This document shows, piece after piece, positions 1 through 14,009 of a stretch of 64,000 nucleotides of DNA; within the stretch, counting starts at the first letter, position 1; each line of letters opens with the position of its first letter. The notes below the pieces were generated by a model. It made no database searches. It was not told the DNA's origin and worked only from the letters and a program-made list of their open reading frames with translations. The position numbers were made by a program, and so were the translations under genes. Source of the DNA: Blasia pusilla (Eukaryota); NCBI GenBank assembly GCA_050084515.1, contig CM114271.1, forward strand, positions 6,696,001-6,760,000, given 5' to 3'.

Positions 1-2
1 CT

Positions 3-104
3 GCTTTTCGTACTAGGTATGGACACTTTGAATACTTAGTTATGTCATTTGGTCTTACAAATGCACTTGCAATCTTTATGGACCTAATGAATGATATCTT
101 TCGT
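3..104 (+). pseudogene. Ty3/Gypsy reverse transcriptase fragment (truncated)
   Basis: Frame 3 reads [34 protein letters not shown], the classic Gypsy RT motif; similarity stops abruptly near 105. Confidence 0.85.
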
Positions 105-2924
105 CTAGTATCGCCATGGATGGTGAACATGGAGCTGAACCTATCTTCCTCGTGCTCTTAGTGAGCCAAAAATTCTTCTATAGTGGAGCCTTATTTTTGT
201 GATGTGTTTAAATCTTTGTGAAGCGTTCGGAGGATGCCTGCATGGCCAAACAGTTTTGTAGACACTCTAAAGACGGCTGGTTTCAAGAACATTGCTATCC
301 CGGGCGGCATGCCTTGCCTCCATGTTCATGGGGATAGTGGCTTAAGCGATCTCAACAAAATCCTCTTCTTTGTCAGAGTCATTGGAGTTAATAATCTCCA
401 TATCTAGACCTTCTTCCACATATGGAAACCACTCAAAGGAAAACATGGAATGGAATAGGGATGTGTTTAAAGGAAGGTGCAAAGTGGATATTGCACACTC
501 AATTCAAAGCTTAAGTAACCAAAACTCAACCTTGAACCAACCTACCGCATGATTGCATCAACTAGGCTGTCTGTGTCACTTTCTCTCTCATTTTGGCGAG
601 TATCACAAGTTTACTCTTCTTTTTCCAAAATTTGTAATTATATTTAAACCTTGGGAGATAGTACTACTCACTATTGTACTAGGCATATCGATAGGATTGA
701 CACATGCCATTGAAGAAAATAATGGCATCTCAACCTGTTGATGTTTAGTCCCCAATGTGAGATCCTAACGATAAGGTTCATGCCTATCTATCACCGACAT
801 TGCAAATAAGTGATGGAATGTCGTGAAACATCTCCAACATGGCTTGATGAAATTTGTCCATGGGGATGGCCAAAGGAAGAAGCTTCCGACCACACTCAAT
901 ACATGCCTTGACAATAGTGTGACAATAGTAGGGCCCATAAGTGCGCCCTTAAGTTCCTCTTTGGCCTTGTCAAATTCATTGACTCGGGCTAAGCATGCCC
1001 ATGATGTTTATTGGGTTCTAGCATCCTATGGGCCTCAAATGCAATAACAAGGTTAGTCATTGCAAGCATGGGGACGTGAGAGCCTATGACCTTTCAAGCA
1101 TGTTCTTTGGCTTTGTTCAAGACAACCTCTTTTGGTAGGCCCACAATTGCAAGATTGTGCCCCTAACTTTGATATTGGCATCGGATGGCACGGCATATGT
1201 ATCTGTATGGAATGCACTTTGGGGTGAGAAAAATGAAAGACACGGCCCAAAAGTTCACTTTCAAACTAAATGACAACCCTAATATGGCATATGCCTAGTT
1301 TAGCCATAAATTGACTATGGAAATGCAACACAAACTACCCTCATCTTCGTCTTCATCTTCTTCACCTTCGGTATTTGCTTCCACCTTTTTTTTCTGAGTG
1401 TGCTGAGGTGTTCCAGACAAAGGCCTTAACCAATGGCCAACAATATGCAAATTGAAAGTCTCTAGCAATCGGAAATATTCAATGAACTTCGAGCACAAGC
1501 CAATTTCTTGTGCTCAATGGAATATCAATAATGCACCCAATTCCCTGGCTTTCTGCTGGAAGGAGGTTTGAGATGCAGGTTTCTCTAGAGCAGGTGGGCT
1601 CTTGCTCATGAATGCAGAAAACATACTAAGATTATGAAAAAGAATACTATCTTTCTCCACTTCTCCCTTAAAAAATAACATCGAGGTAAGTACATTAACA
1701 CACATACACAGAAGAAAATATCTTTACTTTTGATAACAAGCATACGTTGCTAATTCAGTACGACCAAAATAACGGAAAGACAAACTTGGGTGCGTCAATA
1801 AGTACAAAATAACATCTTAGCGTATGTAGGTACTGTTTGTTTAGCAAAATAATAGCCAAGCGGTTTAGAGATGAAGGAGCATGGCCTACAACAATGTCAA
1901 CTATGAATACAATCTACCTCGTTTACATCATGGGCTCAAGGACCATGTAAAAGCATATCTATCCTTAGACAAATAAAAAAAATCCAACATGTATTTGCTA
2001 CAGTTTTTAATAATCTAAGTATATAGGTCTAGGAGGTCAAGACGCAAGAGAGCTTCAAATACTTGTACATGACAACCAACACTTATATGTGAAAGTAGGA
2101 TTATAAAACTTCGAAATAATTTTCACTATAATAAAAGTAGACAACATGAATGGCTAACTTACCTCGAGTTAAATTCAAAATAGCCAATAAGCTCAAAATC
2201 TTGGAAAAATCCGCAACATGATCCTTTTTATTGGGTACCTTATTATCTACATTTGTTTGGTAAATTATGTATATGCTTTTAGGTGTCACCCCAAGCATCC
2301 AAGGGAGCGTATCAGTTTCTTCCGTACATCTCAAATTTTGCCTCTATTTGTAATTAGACTTTTCCAACACTTCTCCAATAAATGAAGGGTTTAATGTTGA
2401 GCCATTGTAAAACTAGAATTGATTCATAATAAATTCCAATAATTATTCAATACTAGTCTAATAACTATTGAAATAATAGGGGCACATTTCAATATTGAAA
2501 TTATATTTGGAATAGAAATATAACAGAAATATCATATTTGTCCAACTATCCCAATACTATATCATGGATTGATCAATGATGACATTTCCAACACTAGAAA
2601 AATATCTTTCAAATTTGTTTCCAAAATTGATCAAGTACCAAATATGCTAACACTATATGATAGATCGACCAATAACAAAATTTCCAACACTCAAGTAGCG
2701 TCTTTCCAATTTTTTTCCAACATCGATCCATTATCAAATATCCCAAAATTAAATCATTGATGGACTAATGATGGCATTTCCAACATTGGAATAGTGTCTT
2801 TCCAATATTTTTCCTACATTGATCCATTACCAAATATCCAAGATATAAACCAATTATGGTATTTCTATCACTAGAAAAATATTTTTCCAGGTTTTCCCAT
2901 TATATTTATAATCCATTGATTCAA

Positions 2925-5900
2925 AATTTGAATTTGTTGCAGAAAAGCCGATCATTCTCTTGAAAATTCAGGATCATGTGAAGTGCCTGAAGGATCTTAC
3001 TTGTCTCAACTACCATATAAGGATCAATGAGCGATAGATATCTTCTCGTGTTACTTATCGCATTCCTTCTTCCCACGTTCTCAAGTGAAAAATTTACAAA
3101 CTGTAAGTCTAATTAGTGTATTGGAAGATACCTTTTCATAGGTTTTTAGCAAAGCCAACTCCCACTTGGATTTATTTCCCATGGGAGAAGTAGTTTCAAA
3201 CACAAAAAGTAATCTTAATTGACCATATCAAGTTAATACATTCTTTCCTTGTCCCTCTGCTTGGATTGCAACATCACAAAAGTAAGGCAAGCCAAATAAA
3301 TCAGAACTTGCTTGGACGTACATATGTCAATTTCCACACCTATCTCATGGACCAAAAGGAATTTCCAAGGCATTTGTGATCTTCAGTACCTAGCAAAAAA
3401 TACTTGTTCGTAGTCCTTCGAATGGAAAAATTAGACAGGTGCTAACTATTTTTTGGGTAATGTAATCTAACATTTCATAAGTACATTTAGTTGAGATTTG
3501 AGCCATGCATGCTATGAGAGCAAATTGCAAGTTAAATTTTAACTCTGGTTGAGCATTCAACAATCTTTGGGCGGCAATAGAAAGTGGGAGACGATGATCC
3601 TAAAAATGAGTCAACCTTAAGTCAAGGTTGTGACTCGATAGCATTTTAACTCCACTTTCCACAACCTATAAAAGAAACTTTCAAGTATGAATACCATAAA
3701 TTATTCAATTTTCTATAAACTAAACTTAAGATAAAGATGAACTAAAAAATCAATGTCTCCAAATTAGTTAGTTCCTTTTAAATTCAATCTCACCTTGTTC
3801 CATAGCAATGTTGCGATCAAGAGATTTGTACACATCTTGACCATACATATCATCTTGTAAAGCACCAAGTCTTTCATGATAAACCATGATCTGATGGTTG
3901 AAATCTCTACGGTTACAACAATGACAAGTTGTCTTCATTAAATTGAGATGAAGTTATTCATATATATTAGAACTAAACTTCCATGGTAATCCCGATTGTG
4001 GAATACTCTCACATAAATATATCATAGCATGTATCTTAACTAGATTGAACTCTGAGTTTTGCCATTCCCTCAAGCAACTTTTCATTAAAGCCACACCCCT
4101 GCATCAAAGATATAAAAAATGCACAAAGTTCCCAAAGCATATGTATTCAAAGTTCATTGAGTATCAGAATATGCATTTTAATCAGAAAAGTTGCATTAAA
4201 AAAATGGAAATTTATGAGACATAAATTACACTTACCGTTCCATCAATAAATCCATCTGCTGTAAGGATTCCTCAATGTGGCACCAAGTTCAAGGAGCAGT
4301 ATGATACCACTCCAAATATCTTGTGATTGTTTGAATGACAAAATCTGGAGAAATTCCAATCAAGAAAAATACAATGATATGCATTACTGAGACATGCTCC
4401 CGTGCAGCAAAAGAAGCTCCACTCGTATAATACTTGTACTTTCCTCTACAAATCGGGAGACAAAACTCAGGATATTGATGGTTTTTTCCGGATGAATGCC
4501 TTCTTGAGATCAAGCATATAGATGGTGTACCATCCTCGAGAGTAGCCATTCTCCTTACAATATCTACTAAAGTACAAAAATGACCTAGGTTGTTCATATA
4601 GAGTACATAAGGATGTAGGGCCTTATAAGGATCAATAATCTCGATATTCCCAATATTAAAACCCCACAAGGAATTGTGTATTCAAACCAAAATCAACCAA
4701 CATTAAATTAATTAAAAATATTATGTGACATATTCTTAGTATGAGAAGTTGAATTTATGAATCATTCAAGAATTGAGAAGGAAAATGGATTAGAAGAATG
4801 CCTTAACCATATGGATCTAGTATCTTTTTGAATATCTTCGGCCATGCCATATGTAAACTTTCCCATTCGATCATAGTGATTTCTCATATTCGTTTCAGTC
4901 CGAGATTCAAAAATGGTCACTTACCTCATTTAAACTTTCCTTTGGCCAAAGACACACGCTAAATGGATATGTACAATGATTGGTATCATATGTGCATGTC
5001 ACCTACATAAATTAAAAATTATCATCTTTTATTATTCAAAAATTAGATTCTATCAGTTAAAGAAAATTCATCTCATATATCAATTTCAAATTTCACCAAA
5101 CATAAATGAAAAACAAACCAACCTTGCATCCTTTGAGATGGTCACAAATGTTGGCAAATCACATGGGGAATACCCATTGTGGAGTACCAAAAGGGTTGTT
5201 TAAAGGTATACCTCTATAAACAAGTGAAAAAATATTAGTAAACTTGAATTGGTCATTTTGAATTGAAACAGAAAATCTATCATAACAACATATATGAACA
5301 AATATTTATTGGCATACAACTTTCAAATTGTTTTTAAAACATAGAAAATATACTTAGATTTTTTAAAAATTTAGGAAAGACATATAATTTTTTCTTTACA
5401 AATTTTTTTTTTTTTAAAAGTCTCAAAGTGGTACTGAAACTTTATGTTTTTAAGGATAGATAATAAATAAGTTACAATGATGCATGGAGACACTTTAGTC
5501 TAGTCAAACTTCCACTTCCCGATTCTGAAATATCTACAAATAAACATAACAAAGCATGCTCTCTTTAACATCTTTTACTCAAGGCTTTTTGCATCAATAC
5601 AACAAATCCATGAGGAATTAAGAGGCTTCATAAAAGTCTTTACCTGGATTACCACCATCTATTGTTGGTATTTTTCCCAAAAGTGCATTACCATCCATAA
5701 GGGATCTCATTGAACATTCGATGTTGGCTATAGTCATCATAATAGAATAACCATGAGTTTTCCGATCGTTTGATTGTGTTGTATGATGTGAGTAGAGAAT
5801 AATAGAAGCTATGACTTCACATGGGCATTATGTATCCATAAATTTCTGCATGCATGCAAAAGAATAAAAAGTAAATTCATTTTGTATGTTTTTACCACAA

Positions 5901-6300
5901 GATATTGAAAAAATAAGTTAGAGGGAGAATGAGACTTTGATGATCACCTATATCTCCCTCCACCATATCCATGTTGAAGGCCTCATGTAAAATCTTTCAT
6001 ACGCTCTTTGTGGAAAAAGTTTAAATCCATCTATGTTCTTTGGGGATGAAAAAAGTCGTGCCAAAACTTGCAATGGATCTTTGAAATGAAAGGTTACACG
6101 AGGGGCAATTCCTATCTTCTCACTCAGTAGATGTTTTTGCCAACCTCATCTCTCAAAGCTCATCAATGATTTCTCAAAAGTCCTCAAAGCATTGAGATTC
6201 TCGATCTTCATATCGCTCAATGAAAAATCTGGATGAAATAGGATCCGCAAGAGAGCTCGTACGTCACCATTAGACATGCCCATCTTGTTTCAAAAAAATC
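2925..6300 (-). pseudogene. Plavaka-like (CACTA-related) transposase, intron-containing and decayed
   Basis: Minus-strand pieces in the expected order: VTFHFKDPLQVLARL (~6060-6100), IASIILYSHHTTQSNDRKTHGYSIMMTIANIECSMRSLMDGNALLGKIP (~5670-5815), GIPLNNPFGTPQWVFPM*FANICDHLKGCK (~5120-5212), YVLYMNNLGHF (~4580-4610), ALHMILNF..FCNKF (~2930-2990). They are separated by AT-rich intron-like gaps and contain many stops. Confidence 0.7.
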
Positions 6301-6405
6301 GGATAAAATATGCAAGTTGAATGGTTCTGTCCAATGGCCTCCCATCTCCTAGAGATGTCTGAATATCATCATAATTAGAAAGAGATAGATGAGTTAAATG
6401 AGGAT

Positions 6406-6408
<3 letters not shown>

Positions 6409-6479
<71 letters not shown>
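6409..6479. repeat. (GA)n microsatellite, ~71 bp
   Basis: Pure GA run seen directly. Confidence 0.98.
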
Positions 6480-6481
<2 letters not shown>

Positions 6482-6699
6482 GGACCAAATTATAGGCTTG
6501 TAATTGTATCGGAGGAGAAGTTTGTGGCCTCAAGATGGGGGTGAGACATTGTTTCTTCTGAAGTAGCCTACATGCAATGCTCGTAGCTCGATGTCCTTTT
6601 TTACCTTCTAGCATACTCAAGTAGGAACATGACATAATACCTTTGGCGGATTTACAAATTTATCTCAAGTATCTATCTCGGCGTTTACCATGACATCAA

Positions 6700-9146
6700 A
6701 TTGGTCACTTAACCATTAAGGAGTTGTCTTGACGTTGGGATCTTCCACTTTCCCCCTTATACAGCAAAAACTAACAAGACTTTCTCATTCTAGAGTCTTG
6801 ATGGTGTCTCCTAGGTTTGAAGCTACCGTTGAATTATTCAAGTGCTAGTGAATAAAATGTGCATCTTATTGATTGTTTATCATGATTGATTTTCTCATAT
6901 ATAAGATATTTATTCATGAGAGATATCCTTGAAGTGTGGAGTAGTAGCTTACAATTCTTCAAGCCTCATTATGGATATGTAACTTTGAACATATAAAATC
7001 TTGATTGAAGATACTTAAATAAGAATGAAGTTTATCAAGTTTGGAGGAGAAAATAAGGCATGAGGTAGAATGCCTCTTGAGGTTTCCTTGAGGTCTGTCT
7101 TCTTCGTCATCTTCATATATGTGTCCTCTTTCAAGATGATTAAGAGGGCGATGATATGGCCTATTTTTGAGCCTACGTAGGCAAAAATTAATGGCCATAT
7201 GACCATATCTATCACTCTCAAAACATTGGTGTGTATCTCTTCGGACTTTGAATTCTGTCCCTCCTCTAGGAACCCCGGCCCTACCGGTTCAAGGAGCAAT
7301 CCCTTGTATGTTGGGGTTCCGATCTCTTTCCATTGGCACCTTTCCATTATACATTTGTGGCAAAGCTTTATGCTCGAAGCTTATCCATCTCCATGAGTGT
7401 GAGTCCGTACTGGTTTTTCACGTAAGCAACCACCTATCCTCCTCCTTCGTATAAATTTTCCATATGTTGGGCATATGCGATTGCTTCATTGATATCTTTT
7501 GGGTTGTCTCGAATCACCTCTTGACGCACCTTTCTCTTCAAAAATCTCTTCAACAGATCGAGAACTTCTACCCCACTCATGTCGCAGATTTATATGTGTA
7601 AGTCAGAAAACTCTTAAATATAGTGCTCCACAATACCTTTTTGCTCCAATTGCCATAGTTTCATTCTAGCAGTGAAGATTGGATCCACAACTTGGAAAAT
7701 TTGCAGCAACCCTTGTTTCATTCCGTACCATGTGATTTGTTGACTTTTTTCAATCAAGGATCTTTCCTACCCTTAATACCATATCAATGCTTGATCGGTT
7801 AACCAAGATCTTACGAACATCCTTGCAATATGATCATCAATGTTAAAAAGGGATAAATGGATTTCCATACGAGTGATCCAACCCTCTAATACCCCCATGG
7901 CTTGACTTCCTTTGTACGGGTCTATATTGCATGTCTTTGTCATTTTTAATATCAATCACGTTTGGTTATTCATCTCAATCACTCTTTCTACTGCTTAGGC
8001 CTCCAATGATTGTGCCCTGAAGGTTCTCTCTCTCTCTCTCTCATATATTTCTCACCGAAGAAACTTCTTGCGCTAATTCGTGGACTTGATTTTCACTTTG
8101 ATCAAATGCAACTCTCAACTCTCTCAATCACGAATCATATCCCTCAAAGTTTCTTCCATGGTTACTCCGACTTTCCTCTGACCCTTTACTACGACTTTAA
8201 TATAAGATGAAGATATACACATACCAATTTCGCACAATAGGGACTACAAAAGGCATTGTTGACGCAATGACTTCATCATAATACTCTTGGCCAAACTTCC
8301 TCACCATAAGCTCTCTATATGTTACCTTAGGTTGACAAACCACATGGACTATACATTGAGTGTTAAAAAATACTTATGGGAGCCTATTCAAATCCATTCC
8401 CCATGTCTTACCTAAAATAATATATAAATAGTGCAATCCCACACATGATCATATATAACAATAGGGAGGATCGTCGAGAAGCGAGACTCCATCATTTGCA
8501 TCATAAAAACTTCACCAAAGTGATATACGAGGTATCTCAAGAACTAGTGTCTATCTACATATAAGAGTTTGATGGTGAACGGATTAAGAAACGAAAAATT
8601 AGGAGACACTCTTGCTCTCCCTCGATCCATTACGTGCAAAACAAGCCTTCCTCCTTAATCTACTTCCAGCTCAATAGCCACTGCCAACCTCTAACAATCT
8701 ATCTAACTCTCGACAACGTATCATTACTTGGTCATCCTTGTCATAAGGATAATCCACTCTCGTAGGAAGAGCAACCTTGTTGTGATACCATTGTAACTCT
8801 CCAGCTTATGGAACCACTCTAGAGTTGCTCAAAGGTAGAATGCCTCTCGAGGCCTCTCCTCTTCCTTTAAATTCTTAGAGATAGGTACAATAAAGATAAA
8901 TTGGTTCTACCTATCCTTATGCCACGTATTCTTTTCTCATAATATGAGAGGATCTTCTTTGGACTCTAATGTCCCTATCTTAGCTTTCCCAACCTCATCC
9001 TTATCTTACTTTTCACCAACCTATGGCCCCACTCTCATCTTTATCTCATGTATCTTGTCTTTTCTCTTTTTTGGTAGATTCTTTCCCACTTATGCATTGC
9101 ATGTCATAGACTCTAACTTAACTATGACTAAAAAAGGATGGTTACA
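6700..9146 (-). mobile_element. Old Ty3/Gypsy relic: 5' LTR, tRNA-Met PBS and gag/protease remnants
   Basis: LTR-like 8792-9146 is bounded by TGTAAC...GTTACA. On the minus strand it is followed by TGGTATCA (8783-8790). Gag-like ORF 7773-7955 (LEGWITRMEIHL..WLTDQALIWY) and a degenerate protease-like HALF..NFI in ORF 7015-7347. Confidence 0.65.
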
Positions 9147-10592
9147 AGAAGACACTTTGGTAATCCGCTTCTCAATAAGTCATGAAAATCCCATCTAACT
9201 TAAGTTTAAAGTGGGTGGAGTATGTAGAAGAACAAAATTATGGTTAGAATTTGCATTGAAGAAACATGCTTCTTAAGAAGTCATCGAAATCCCTCTCGAT
9301 TGAAGGTTAAAGTGAATGTATTACGTAAAGTACGTGAATAACTGAAGGAGAAGAAAAAGCTATAAATATCATGTTATATATGTGGGGGAGGATGTTGACA
9401 AGGCACCTGAAGTTGTTACTTGGGAATTTACCTCACAGCCATTATGCCAAGATGAATTATGATTGGTATCAATTTCTAGCTCTCACTTCGTACTGAAGCA
9501 AACAAATGCAAAAATTAAATCACTACATAGAAAAGTTATAAGTGCAACTACTTTCAAGATTGAATGTACATCTTCTTCTACGATTGGTTTTACATCAATT
9601 TCCCTTTCGGGATGCTGAAATACCACAACCCAAACTACGAATAGATTGAGCTAAAGAGGAGCTAAAGAGAACAAGAGTTATCAAATGCATGAAAACCAAA
9701 ATCTAGTTGAGTGATCAATTTGATGTTCATGTACATGAAATGAACATAAGTCGCATGTGAGGAAATGAAGTAGCAGAGAGAATAGTTTGAAATTTAAACG
9801 TGAATAGGAGCTACATTAATCCCTTCGATTCAACCTGAGTATGTTATGATCTACCACATTGATTGTAGGCTTGCCTTGTCGTTGCTATTTTAGAACCCAA
9901 TCCATGCAAAGAGGATAGGAATGAGTCTTATTTGATCAAGAGGTCGAATTATCAAGAATTATTGAAAGAAGTGATGATCGTCTTCAAAATTTGTATAATA
10001 CTCGTTTATCTTGGATTGCAGAAATTCACTTACGCAAGGAAATTATCACCATTTTGCTGTAGAACCTCCTCCACAACAACTCTCGCTTCCTCTCGATCTT
10101 TCAACTTCAACCGCACTTGTTCCCAAATCGCGTATCCCCTCTCTGTAGCTGCACCTTCCACGACCACAACTCTCGGAAACCTAGTGAGCTTGCCGATTCT
10201 CTTCCCCTAGCCTTGAGATCATCTAAATGCCCTTACAAATTAGACTTGGACACAAAAAAAATTGCAAGAGGTTGCATCTGTCGTGCGCATACACATCGCT
10301 ACACAACATACATCGTTGTCACCGAACACACACACAAACACGCACGATCCCATGCTAACTCATGGCATCCAAACAACGAGACAAGAAGAACTAAAATATA
10401 TCCAATCGCCCCCCTAGCTGGTGGTTGTGTCCCTCTAACTCCAGATAGCCATCTATCCCTATCTACCATGACATACATCTCTCGGACGCTAAGAGCAAGA
10501 AGGCCGGGTGCTTATGTGGCCCCATCGTTAGTCGCCTTCATGTCATCCATGTCACAAAAAAATTCGAAATCGAAACCTACCTAGTATCTCCT

Positions 10593-11850
10593 CTATGTAC
10601 ATCTAGGACACATCCATCGTCCCCGAGGAACCCTAGTGAGAGGTGGCGTTAGACATGCCATATGCCAACCTCTCGAACATCCATCACAGACTAGCATCGT
10701 GGCCGCACCACAGGCAGAACCACACAACAAACAACACAAGCCTGCACGAACTATTGCTAATCTCGGATCTACTATACCATCAATGTTAGGAAGCTGATAT
10801 GGCGCAAAATTACGCACATGGTCCTTCCATACCATACCATCGCGTCCCTCCAGCAAGGGAACACTTGATGGCAAAACGTCACGCACTCTCAGGATAGTGC
10901 GCCCTGTAGTCACATCCAACGTCGTCGGTGCCGTCTGCTGATAGTAGACATAATCTCCCTGATTAAACCTCCAGATAGTTGGTTGATAACCACCACCCCG
11001 AATAGTCGCATACCTCAACGTATTCCGATGGTGCGCAATTGCCAAGTTCTCGAACACCATGGGCATCACTCTCTGAAACAACTCAGCCGTCTGAGAACAT
11101 GCTGGCATCCATACATCTGGGTCATCAAGGTCCAGCACCTCACCAGCATCTTGAAAAATGGCCGTAGGTTAATCTGGCTCTCGGCCATAAAGTAGCAAGT
11201 ACGGTGAAAAAGACGCTAAGGATGCTTGCCTGCTAAATCTGTATACCATCACCAACTAGGGCAACTGGAGGTCCCAATCTCCTAGGTGACCTCTCTGCAA
11301 GCCATACTTGCGTAAATCCCTCTTCACCGTCTGCACAACTCTCTTTGCTAATCCATCTGCCTCAGGATGATCTCGCGAAGTCGTGCGATGGTCGATCAAT
11401 GCCTGATCACACAAGGCCTGGAACTCACTGCAAAACCTCGGTACCTTGGTCTGTCAATACCTCAACCGGTGCGCCATAATGACTCAACACTTTTTCAAGG
11501 AAGGCATAAGCTACTCCCTCACTCGCTTTGTCAAGCAATGCAACCATCTCGATCCACTTCGAGAAGTTCTCAACCATCACCAACACATAACGACTGTGAA
11601 GCTCCGTCAAAGGCAAAGGTCCTGCAAAATCCAAACTCCATCTTTACCCTAAGCCCATGATCGATAATGGATGCAACTGTGGAGTTGGAGCATTGAACGA
11701 TGTTCGGACCTGATCACACACCATGCACCTGGCAACAAACTGCTGAACGTCAGTTTGCATGCCTCGTCACCAATACTGAATTTGGAGCAAGCTGTACATC
11801 CGCTTCACCCCAAAGTGACCCAACTCCTCGTGGGCATGCTGCACTAGTCG
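10593..11850 (-). pseudogene. Element A integrase (HHCC + DDE) with C-terminal PHD finger
   Basis: HEELGHFG, DFAGP, VLTDQGTE, GLAKRVVQT; ends [45 protein letters not shown] (C4HC3). Confidence 0.9.
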
Positions 11851-12229
11851 TGCTTGTTGCAAAGGATGCGGCACTACGCATATTCTGCCATCTTCCCAAA
11901 CCCTCAAAACATATGTCCCCTCCCAACGGAACCGTCTGGCCCGCTGTAGGATCCGATCCCACTCTCTAGCAGCCACGGTGCTCGCGATGCTACTAGTACG
12001 AAGGTACTCCAAGATTACTCCATCATCATGAATATCTTGGCCACCTGTGGTCTCCTCACTTGCCTCGGGATCCAAGGACTCTCCACTAAACCTCGCCATC
12101 GAAGTGTCCACACTCTGGCTGTCCATAGCCAACATCCCTAAATAGGCTGATGCTTGCCATCCTGGCACTGACTCCTCATCACTCTGTCCATGCCATCAAG
12201 CTCCAGTCGCATCGCGCTGACTCGAGCAT

Positions 12230-13640
12230 GGGTTACGACTCAACCCATCTGCATCCTGGTTGAGCATCCCAGGTCTATGTACCACCTGAAAATCATGCTC
12301 CTGCAACAACAGAGCCCATCTTGCAAGCTTCCTTGTAAGCTTGTCGGATTCCATCAACCACTTCAGTGGTTGATGATCAATGATGATGGTAAAGGGATTG
12401 CCAAATAAGTAATACCTGAAATGCGTGACAACCAAGCACTCACCCTCATATGAGATGTACTTTGCCTCTGCAGCGTTGTTTGAGCGGCTAGCGTAACCCA
12501 CCACAAACTCTCTACCCTCATCATCATGTTGGGTGAGCACCGCTCCAAGCCCCAACATGCTTCAATCTATGTGTAACTGGAAAGGACGCCCCATGATTGG
12601 TCTCCTCAAGATGGGCGCGATGTCAACGTGTCCTTGACCAACTAAAATGCTCGCTCTTGCTCATTCCCCCAGTGTCACTCGTGATCCACCTTGGTCAACA
12701 AGGTCAGCGGCTTTGCAATCGAACTGAATCCCTTGGCGTACCGCAGATAGAAGTTCGCCAATCCTATGAATGCGCAAACACGACTCATATCTGTAGGGCG
12801 TGGAATGCGTGAGATAGCCTCTACCTTTGTTTGCTAAACACCTAGGCCCCTTGGGTATATTGTATGACCCAAGTACTCAATGTGGTTGTAGAAGAACTTG
12901 CACTTGCCTGGATGTAGCTTCAGCCCATGTAATTGCAATCGTCGAAACACCTCCTCTAGATGTCGCTCATGCTCCTCAATCATGGTGCTAAAGACTACGA
13001 TGTCATCAATATAATACCTAGCAAAATCCAGACCAGCCAAGATCCTATCCATGACCCTCTGAAACTCAGCGGGGGCGTTCTTTTACCCAAATGGTAAGAA
13101 CCGCCACTGGTACAAACAATCCTTGCCGTGAGGATTGATGCCCCAAAATGCCGTCTTCTGCGTGTCTTCCAATCTAATATGCACCTGATGGTATCCGCCT
13201 CACAAATCCAATGAATTGAAGACCTTTGCGTGACCAATCGCATCAAAGATCTCCTAAGGGTGGGCATGGCATACCTATTGGACTTTGTCTGCCGATTGAT
13301 AGGTCGGTAATCCCCACACATCCGCCTATCTGTCTAGTTGCCATGCACATCCTTCTTGGCGGGCATGACAGTGGCAGATGCATACTCCCCATGCGACATC
13401 TCCACTAGTCCTGCTCCAACTAAGTCCTGGCTCCTACTCTGAATCAGAGCCCTCTCCATATCACTGTACCTGTAGGGTCGTCGGAAGATCGTCGTATCAC
13501 TCGACAACTCAATGCGGATCCCGGTCCCTTTAGCATACCCAAATCCTCCATGCTAAATGCAAAATAGCTCCTATAACTCCTAAGGAACTGGTGTATTCGG
13601 CGCCGCTATCCTTCTGTCAACTTAGGGCCCATATCTGGCT
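12230..13640 (-). pseudogene. Element A reverse transcriptase and RNase H
   Basis: MCGDYRPIN, YIDDIVVF, KLHPGKCKF, IEYLGH, GLGAVLTQ, DHQPLKWL, LARWALLLQE. Confidence 0.93.
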
Positions 13641-14009
13641 CCCAAGTCTCCATCGTGACTACGGTAGGACTTTCCGGCGCGGATATCGGTGGTTGCTATG
13701 GTGCAACCCCGTCTCAAACAACAACACTCGACCACTCTTCTGCAACCAACTGCAAACTCTGATCTCCTCCACATGCAGTGCCTGGAACCACACTCGATGT
13801 TGTGGCTATCATCTCTTGGCGTACTTGCAAAACATCCCAAGAAGTCCAAGGATGTCTCTCTCAATCTCCCTTGGTGTGTTGATCTCCTTGGGTCTCGCCC
13901 CCAGTCACTGCCTCCACTGTCTCGGTAAGCATGGGGCTCACCAACGCAATCGCTATGATCTGTTGCGATCTCATCCGACGCTGCTCAGCCACTCCCAAGC
14001 TGAAGATCC

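Noticed and set aside
105-1700. PIF/Harbinger nuclease or other named gene
   Set aside because: Only weak look-alike peptides ([15 protein letters not shown]); cannot be assigned by eye.
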